NCBI RefSeq assembly: GCF_000039765.1
Contig: NC_004460.2
Location: 1,812,831 to 1,844,830, forward strand
Source of the DNA: Vibrio vulnificus CMCP6
GTDB lineage: Bacteria > Pseudomonadota > Gammaproteobacteria > Enterobacterales > Vibrionaceae
Reading direction: 5' to 3'
DNA: 32,000 nucleotides
Shown: positions 25,742-32,000 of the stretch, in pieces
How positions within the stretch are numbered: the first letter of the stretch is position 1
Layout of the letters: each line of letters starts with the position of its first letter
Program-made: the position numbers and the translations under genes
Notes under the pieces: model-generated
What the model was told of the DNA's origin: nothing
Databases searched by the model: none
Seen by the model: the letters and a program-made list of their open reading frames with translations, nothing else

Positions 25742-25770
25742 CAACTCGAGGCATTCCTTGCCTCGAGTTG
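25742..25770. terminator. Strong hairpin between the micro-ORF and the convergent TPR gene
   Basis: CAACTCGAGGCA-ttcct-TGCCTCGAGTTG forms a perfect 12-bp stem. There is no clear T-run on either side. Confidence 0.5.
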
Positions 25771-25816
25771 TATCTCCATGAGTTATGGCGAGATTCGACG
25801 TTTCTAGCCTTCTAAA

Positions 25817-26665
25817 TTAACTCTCTTGCCCTCTTGTCAGCATGCGATCAAAGCTTGGGTTACCGTGTAATGGTTCTAAATCGGGCTCATTGGCGATGAG
25901 GTCACGTATCGATGGGCTCGCTTCGATTGCTCGTTCGAGATCTTCGATCGACTGCTCTTCCAAACCCAGACGAGAATATGCACAGGCTCTTTGGTAGAGC
26001 GCTGGGGCATTAGAACTGTCCATATCCAGTACGCGGTTACAAAGACTGAGTGCCCAGTTGTACTCTTTGATTTCCATTGCAGCATCGGCTTTGTAGGTGA
26101 CGGCCTCTAAGTCGCCCGGCCTTATCGCCAGAATCTCATCGTACACATCAATACGCTGCTCAGCGGTTGGCATACTTTGCGCTCTCAACCAGAGGTTATG
26201 AATCTCATTGATGATTTCGATCTCTCGGTTGTTTTCACTGATGATGCGTGTTTTGCGTTTCAAATCTCTTTCTAACGCAATGAACTTCTTCTCATACTTT
26301 TCTGCAATGGTTTCCAGCCTTTTATCGGCCATCGCTTTGGTGTTGTTTTTTAACTCCCTTAATGATTGCCAGCCAACAAAGGCGACAAGAGAAGCAACAC
26401 CGGCAATGATGTAGAAGAAGTAAGTCACTGTCACATTGGCATAGTTCAGTGACTTATCGGCTACTGAGAGTTCGCGCTCGGTAAACTGAACGGTTAATCG
26501 CTTTTCTAAGTCTTGTTGATCTTGTCTTAGCGATTTGAGCTCATCAAGGATGTATCTCTCCATTAATGGCCTATCGAGCAACTCGCTGTCGGAATACGTT
26601 TGCTGCTCGGCCTGTGCGGGCAAGTTGATGCTGATTAGCATCATAAACATGAATAAAACTCGCAT
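25817..26665 (-). CDS. Signal-peptide, transmembrane, coiled-coil protein with C-terminal TPR repeats; function unknown
   Basis: The signal peptide is MRVLFMFMMLISINLPAQA/EQ. An internal transmembrane helix reads VTVTYFFYIIAGVASLVAFVGW. Charged heptad-like segments are present. The C-terminus is TPR-like (ALSLCNRVLDMDSSNAPALYQRACAYSRLGLEEQSIEDLERAIE). Confidence 0.8.
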   Translation of the reverse strand: MRVLFMFMMLISINLPAQAEQQTYSDSELLDRPLMERYILDELKSLRQDQQDLEKRLTVQFTERELSVADKSLNYANVTVTYFFYIIAGVASLVAFVGWQSLRELKNNTKAMADKRLETIAEKYEKKFIALERDLKRKTRIISENNREIEIINEIHNLWLRAQSMPTAEQRIDVYDEILAIRPGDLEAVTYKADAAMEIKEYNWALSLCNRVLDMDSSNAPALYQRACAYSRLGLEEQSIEDLERAIEASPSIRDLIANEPDLEPLHGNPSFDRMLTRGQES

Positions 26666-26849
26666 AGAAGGACGGCTCCACCTTTAGGTATGTTGTGCGA
26701 ATAGCGGTTCGGAGTGTGAATAACGAAAAGCAGAATGCACAGAACTGCTTTCGCCCACCATCCAATACTCCATCTCTCACTCAGTTAAGAGAGGGCAATT
26801 CTAAAACGTTAAATGATTCGATGTCTAAGTAAATTTCTTTAAATTTTTT

Positions 26850-26863
26850 ATTTGTTAACAAAT
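26850..26863. promoter_or_regulatory. Perfect 14-bp palindrome ATTTGTTAACAAAT in the intergenic region between the TPR gene and betI
   Basis: The sequence is identical to its reverse complement. It lies in an A/T-rich region between the divergent genes. Confidence 0.3.
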
Positions 26864-27125
26864 GAGGGTTAATTGGTGAATTGGGTGTTAATTGTGGTGT
26901 TTTGTTACTGGTTTTAGAAACTTTTATTTAATATCAATACGTTGGAAATTTTGTTTTTGTTTGGTTTTTGTGCGTGAGTGGCGTTGGATGTGTTGAGTTG
27001 TGTATGAGTTTTGTTGGGTGATTGAGCTTTATGATCGACGGTAAAAGTGGCTTTATGGTTTGAGATCTAATTATTTTTGTGCCATTTTAATTTAACTAAT
27101 CGTTCAAATAAAAAAAGGAACACGG

Positions 27126-27722
27126 ATGCCCAAGGTAGGAATGCCAAAGATTCGCAGGCCACAATTAGTGAGTGCGACCATGACGGTCATTGACCGTGTG
27201 GGCTTGCACGGAGCCAGTGTTTCTTTGATTAGCCAAGAGGCGGGTGTCTCTAGTGGCATCATCAACCACTACTTTGGTGGTAAGCATGGACTGCTTGAAG
27301 AAACGATGCGCGATATTTTGAGGCAGTTATCTTGTGATGCAACAAAACGCTTGAATTTACTACCGAAGCAGGCGCATATGCAGAGAATCAACGCGATATT
27401 GGATGCTAATTTCGTTGGCTTTCAATCTGAAAGCAAGGTGATCAAAACATGGTTGGCGTTTTGGTCTTATTCCATGCATGACGAAGCGTTAAAGCGTTTA
27501 CAGCGCGTTAATGAAAAGCGCTTGCTTTCACATTTAAAGCGAGAACTCAAAGCGTTGATGAGCAAAGAACAAGCCGACATTGTCGCCCAAGGCATTGCCG
27601 CGCTTATCGACGGGATCTGGCTGCGTGGAGCGCTTAATCCGGAAGGTATTAATGCGAACAAAGCGCGCATCATTATTAATGATTATTTAGAAAAACAGCT
27701 CACGTTTTATTCACAACAATAA
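27126..27722 (+). CDS. betI: TetR-family choline-responsive repressor BetI
   Basis: The N-terminal TetR helix-turn-helix reads [48 protein letters not shown]. The gene lies directly upstream of betB-betA. AAGGAA sits 6 nt upstream of the ATG. Confidence 0.9.
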
Positions 27723-27740
27723 CTTAGAGTCAAATTTCAG

Positions 27741-29201
27741 ATGGAAGTTACAGCACATTACATTGGAGGGAAGCCTTTCGTTGGTGACACTGGCGAATCT
27801 TTTGCGACCTTAAATCCAGCAACCGGAGAAGTGTTAGCACACATCGAGCAAGCCGACGAAAGGGTGTTAGGTCACGCCATCGAGAGCGCGAAGCTTGGCT
27901 TTTCTGTGTGGTCATCTATGAGCGCTGCCGAGCGCAGCCGATGCTTACTCAAAGCGGCGCAGCTGATTCGCGATCACAATGATGAACTAGCAGAGTTGGA
28001 AGTGCGCGATACGGGCAAACCAATTCAAGAAGCGAGTGTGGTTGACATTGCTACTGGCGCAGATGTTATCGAGTATTTTGCTGGATTAGTGAATGGCTTA
28101 GGTGGCGAGCAACAATCCCTTGGTTCCAATCAGTTTTTTTACACCAGAAGAGAACCTCTGGGCATTTGTGCCGGCATCGGCGCTTGGAATTATCCGATTC
28201 AAATTGCAATGTGGAAAGCCGCGCCTGCATTAGCAGCTGGCAACGCGATGATCTTTAAACCCTCAGAAGAAACGCCACTTTCGGCACTCAAACTGGCTGA
28301 ACTCTTTACGCAAGCGGGCGTGCCTGATGGCGTGTTTAACGTTGTTCAAGGGGACTATCGTGTTGGGCAAATGCTCACCGCGCATCCTGAAATCGACAAA
28401 GTCTCATTTACCGGTGAGTCAGGCACGGGCAAGAAAGTGATGGCCGATAGTGCAGCGACACTCAAACCCGTCACCATGGAATTGGGGGGGAAATCGCCCT
28501 TGATTATTTTCGATGATGCCGATCTTGATGATGCTGTCTCGGCAGCAATGGTGGCAAATTTTTACACTCAAGGTGAGGTGTGTACCCATGGCACGCGAGT
28601 TTATGTTCAACGAGCGATGTACGACGCGTTTGTTGAACAGCTAAAAGAGCGCACGGAAAAGCTCATTGTCGGCGATCCAATGAACATGGAAACGCAAATT
28701 GGCTCACTGATTTCTAAATCGCATCTAGAAAAAGTACTCGGTGCTATTTCGAGTGCGAAAGAGAGTGGTGCAACGTTGCTCACTGGTGGTTTCCAAGTGA
28801 CGGAAAGAGGGCTAGAGAAAGGGTGTTTTGTTGCGCCTACCGTCTTTGTCGATTGCCGCGATGAGATGCCTCATGTGCAAAATGAAATCTTTGGACCTGT
28901 CATGTCGGTGCTGGTGTTTGATGACGAAGATGAAGTCATTGCTCGCGCGAACAACACCCAATACGGCTTGGCCGCTGGGGTATTTACGCAGAATCTATCC
29001 AAAGCCCATAGAGTCATTCACCAACTGCAAGCGGGCATTTGCTGGATAAACACTTGGGGAAATTCACCCGCAGAGATGCCGGTGGGGGGCTACAAGTTGT
29101 CGGGCATTGGCCGCGAAAATGGCCAAGAGACGTTACTGCACTATACGCAGACCAAAAGCGTGTTTGTCGAACTGGGTGCGTTCGACTCCCCTTACGCTTA
29201 A
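27741..29201 (+). CDS. betB: Betaine-aldehyde dehydrogenase
   Basis: ALDH motifs are present: [18 protein letters not shown] and the catalytic cysteine context [10 protein letters not shown]. The protein is 486 aa and sits in a betI-betB-betA order. Confidence 0.92.
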   Translation: MEVTAHYIGGKPFVGDTGESFATLNPATGEVLAHIEQADERVLGHAIESAKLGFSVWSSMSAAERSRCLLKAAQLIRDHNDELAELEVRDTGKPIQEASVVDIATGADVIEYFAGLVNGLGGEQQSLGSNQFFYTRREPLGICAGIGAWNYPIQIAMWKAAPALAAGNAMIFKPSEETPLSALKLAELFTQAGVPDGVFNVVQGDYRVGQMLTAHPEIDKVSFTGESGTGKKVMADSAATLKPVTMELGGKSPLIIFDDADLDDAVSAAMVANFYTQGEVCTHGTRVYVQRAMYDAFVEQLKERTEKLIVGDPMNMETQIGSLISKSHLEKVLGAISSAKESGATLLTGGFQVTERGLEKGCFVAPTVFVDCRDEMPHVQNEIFGPVMSVLVFDDEDEVIARANNTQYGLAAGVFTQNLSKAHRVIHQLQAGICWINTWGNSPAEMPVGGYKLSGIGRENGQETLLHYTQTKSVFVELGAFDSPYA

Positions 29202-29225
29202 TCAATCAATAGTTAGGAGAAAAAG

Positions 29226-30908
29226 ATGCAGCAACACTACGATTACATTATCGTCGGTGCGGGTTCCGCTGGCTGTGTGCTAGCGGATCGACTATCAGAG
29301 AGTGGTGATCACAGTGTTTTATTACTCGAAGCGGGCGGTTCCGACAAGAGTATTTTCATTCAAATGCCAACGGCGCTCTCTTACCCTATGAACTCAGAGA
29401 AGTACGCTTGGCAATTTGAAACCGATGCAGAAGCGGACTTAGATGGCCGCCGTTTACATTGCCCAAGAGGGAAAGTGCTCGGGGGCAGTTCCTCCATCAA
29501 CGGCATGGTTTATGTTCGTGGTCACGCCTGTGATTTTGATGAATGGGAAGAGCAGGGTGCAAAAGGTTGGAATTACCAAGCGTGTCTACCGTATTTTCGC
29601 CGAGCAGAAAACTGGATTGACGGGGAAGATGAGTATCGCGGTGGCGATGGGCCATTAAGTACCTGTGCTGGCAATAAGATGACGCTGAATCCACTCTATC
29701 GCGCGTTCATTGACGCAGGTAAGGAGGCCGGATATCCAGAAACATCGGACTACAATGGCTACCAACAAGAAGGCTTTGGTCCGATGCATATGACGGTTAA
29801 AAATGGTGTGCGAGCTTCAACCTCAAACGCATACTTAAGCCGTGCCAAAAAAAGAAGCAATTTCAAACTGATCAAAGGCGTTGTGGTTCAACGTATCTTA
29901 CTGGAAGAAAAGCGTGCCGTAGGGGTCGAGTTTGAACTGGCAGGCGAACTGCGTACTTGTTTTGCCAAAAATGAAGTGATTTCCAGTGCGGGTTCGATTG
30001 GTTCGGTGCAACTGTTACAGCTCTCTGGCATTGGCCCTAAAACGGTACTTGAGAAGGCGGGGGTGACGCCCGTTCACCATCTGCCAGGCGTTGGACAAAA
30101 CTTACAAGACCATCTCGAAGTCTATTTCCAATACCATTGTCAAAAGCCCATCACCTTGAATGGAAAATTGGACTGGTTCAGCAAAGGGTTGATTGGAGCC
30201 GAGTGGATTTTAACGCGTAAAGGGCTTGGGGCGACCAATCACTTCGAGTCTTGCGCCTTTATTCGCTCACGTGCAGGTTTGAAATGGCCGAATATTCAGT
30301 ACCACTTTTTGCCCGCGGCAATGCGTTACGATGGACAAGCCGCCTTTGATGGTCATGGCTTCCAAGTTCATGTTGGGCCAAACAAGCCTGAGAGCCGAGG
30401 CCGTGTTGAGATCGTCTCAGCCAATCCGTCGGACAAACCCAAAATTCAGTTTAACTACTTATCGACCGAGCGCGATCGTCAAGATTGGCGAGATTGTATT
30501 CGCCTTACTCGCGAAATTTTGGCGCAGCCAGCAATGGATGAGTTCCGTGGTGAAGAGATACAGCCCGGCATCAATGTCGCGACCGATGCGGAAATCGATC
30601 AATGGGTGAAAGAGAACGTCGAGAGCGCGTATCACCCTTCATGCTCATGCAAAATGGGCGCAGACGATGACCCAATGGCGGTGCTCGATGAAGAGTGTCG
30701 TGTACGAGGAATCACCAACCTGCGCGTAGTGGATTCATCCGTTTTTCCCACTATTCCTAACGGCAATCTTAATGCGCCAACCATCATGGTGGCGGAAAGA
30801 GCCGCCGATTTAATTTTGCATAAACAGCCGTTGCCTCCGCAGCGCTCAAAGGTTTGGCTAGCCCCGAGTTGGGAAACTCAGCAGCGGACTGGAGAGCCGA
30901 TGAGATAA
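29226..30908 (+). CDS. betA: Choline dehydrogenase (GMC oxidoreductase)
   Basis: The N-terminal FAD-binding motif is [24 protein letters not shown] signatures are present ([14 protein letters not shown] and the C-terminal HPSCSCKMG). The protein is 560 aa. Confidence 0.92.
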
Positions 30909-30964
30909 GCCACGCCAAACAGCGTGCCCTCATAAAAGTCAGTAATCATTACAAGGAAAAAACA

Positions 30965-31903
30965 ATGTCTATGACGACAAAAACACTTTCAATCATGGCC
31001 CTGAGCGCCTTCTCGTTTACCGCCGCTGCCAACCAATGCCAAACAGTCCGTTTTGCGGATGTCGGCTGGACCGATATCACAGCAACAACCGCAGTGACTA
31101 GCCAACTGCTCAAAGGAATGGGGTATCACACCAAAACGGATCTGCTTTCTGTTCCTGTGACCTATTCGTCAATGGCCAACGGTGATGTGGATGTCTTTCT
31201 CGGAAACTGGATGCCAACCATGGAAGGGGATATCGCGAAATATCGAGATTCAGGGGAAGTGGAGACTGTCAAAGCCAATCTTGAAGGCGCTAAGTATACC
31301 TTAGCGGTACCTAAATATGTCTATGAGCAAGGCGTGCAGAGTTTTGCCGATATCAGCAAGTATGCAGATAAGTTCAAAAATCGTATCTACGGTATTGAAC
31401 CCGGTAACGATGGCAACCGCCTAATTCAAAGCATGATTGACCAAAACGCCTTTGATTTAAAAGGATTCAGCTTGGTGGAATCCAGTGAAGCAGGCATGGT
31501 GTCGCAAGTGGCGAGAGCAGTGCGCCGAAACCAATGGATCGTCTATCTGGGTTGGGCTCCGCATCCAATGAATAGCAATGTAGAGATGGTGTACCTGTCG
31601 GGAGGGGATGACTTCTTTGGGCCAAACTACGGCGGCGCCAATGTCTACACCAATGTGCGAGAGGGTTATCTCTCTGCGTGTCCGAATGTGGGTCAGTTAC
31701 TGCAAAACCTAACGTTCAGCTTAGAGATGGAAAACCAGCTCATGGAAGCGATTCTCAACCAAAAAGAGAAACCTGCCAAAGCAGCGTTGAACTGGCTAAA
31801 ACAACATCCTGAGCAGATAAAAACGTGGCTTGAAGGCGTAAAAACGCTCGAGGGCAAACCGGCAGCTCAAGCCGTGATTGACTACGTAAACACACAAGCT
31901 TAA
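30965..31903 (+). CDS. proX: Glycine betaine/choline ABC transporter substrate-binding protein (ProX/OpuAC type)
   Basis: The signal peptide is MSMTTKTLSIMALSAFSFTAAA/NQ. The motif VRFADVGWTDITATTA is typical of the ProX N-terminus. I chose ATG 30965 as the start (AAGGA 8 nt upstream). The longer ORF-track start at 30854 would overlap betA. Confidence 0.85.
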   Translation: MSMTTKTLSIMALSAFSFTAAANQCQTVRFADVGWTDITATTAVTSQLLKGMGYHTKTDLLSVPVTYSSMANGDVDVFLGNWMPTMEGDIAKYRDSGEVETVKANLEGAKYTLAVPKYVYEQGVQSFADISKYADKFKNRIYGIEPGNDGNRLIQSMIDQNAFDLKGFSLVESSEAGMVSQVARAVRRNQWIVYLGWAPHPMNSNVEMVYLSGGDDFFGPNYGGANVYTNVREGYLSACPNVGQLLQNLTFSLEMENQLMEAILNQKEKPAKAALNWLKQHPEQIKTWLEGVKTLEGKPAAQAVIDYVNTQA

Positions 31904-31915
31904 GAGATAAAGACA

Positions 31916-31937
31916 GGCGGGCAATCGACAGCCCGCC
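31916..31937 (+). other. Intercistronic GC hairpin between proX and proW, with no T-run
   Basis: The hairpin is GGCGGGC-aatcgaca-GCCCGCC. It is followed by CAACAAAAC rather than a T-tract, so a processing, stability or attenuating element is more likely than a full terminator. Confidence 0.4.
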
Positions 31938-31958
31938 CAACAAAACAAAGGCAATACA

Positions 31959-32000
31959 GTGAACTTTATAACTGAAAACAAACTCCCGTTCGGTGAGTGG
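31959..32000 (+). CDS. proW: Start of the glycine betaine ABC transporter permease; 5' fragment that runs off the window
   Basis: GTG 31959 has AAAGG 8 nt upstream. The N-terminal peptide VNFITENKLPFGEW resembles the ProW-type N-terminus. The call is based mainly on position after proX. Confidence 0.45.
   Translation, partial: MNFITENKLPFGEW

Noticed and set aside
27060-27091. Attempted sigma-70 promoter call for betI (TTGAGA ... TTTAAT)
   Set aside because: The spacer between the two hexamers is about 20 nt, outside the usual 16-18 nt. I cannot support a promoter call from sequence alone.
1060-29694. Many 60-150-aa ORF-track entries nested inside or antisense to the long genes, for example 1060-1266, 1499-1786, 3138-3554, 6429-6881, 6848-7186, 8581-8844, 12239-12658, 16888-17322, 22148-22375, 23034-23354, 28419-28610 and 29443-29658
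   Set aside because: Each is fully contained in, or antisense to, a gene with strong family motifs. None has an independent start context. All have the biased composition typical of off-frame translation.

Overview
All calls below come from reading the sequence and the ORF track by eye. No homology search, folding or statistics program was run.

The gene content looks Vibrionaceae (Vibrio-type). There are about 30 protein genes, and I recognised no rRNA, tRNA, CRISPR array or transposase.

**Left third: a complete 2-aminoethylphosphonate (AEP) utilisation locus**
- phnX, a class-III aminotransferase-fold gene (PbfA-like) and phnW lie on the minus strand.
- They diverge from phnS.
- A roughly 1-kb tandem repeat array follows phnS.
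- Next come phnT, a fused phnU/V permease and phnR (HutC/GntR family).
- After that come a DMT permease, a DAO-family FAD oxidoreductase, a LysR regulator and an APH-type kinase.

**Middle**
- An atypical POT-like transporter.
- L-serine dehydratase.
- A DUF218/YdcF-like protein.
- A DHH/DHHA1 phosphoesterase.
- A Nudix hydrolase.
- A PBP5-type DD-carboxypeptidase.

**Right third**
- An 827-aa lipoprotein with three Ig-like repeats and about 20 leucine-rich repeats.
- An M23 peptidase.
- An unlisted 38-aa hydrophobic micro-ORF.
- A signal-peptide, transmembrane, coiled-coil and TPR protein.
- The osmoprotectant cluster betI-betB-betA-proX-proW (proW is partial).

**Most unusual observations**
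1. Four tandem copies of a ~255-bp, hairpin-dense, non-coding unit lie between the phnS terminator and a second promoter-like module in front of phnT. One copy carries a compensatory base-pair substitution, and the units contain mutually exclusive pairing segments.
2. A two-part control module is present in front of both phnS and phnT. It combines 11-bp-phased Pho-box-like heptamers with a TGGT-N4-ACCA palindrome.
3. The phosphonate locus appears to be extended by a PbfA-like gene and a nearby FAD oxidoreductase.
4. A strongly C-depleted, G/T-rich 180-bp tract lies upstream of betI.

I did not find a clear, complete new multi-gene system. The repeat array and the gene group from the LRR lipoprotein to the TPR protein are the least explained parts of the window.
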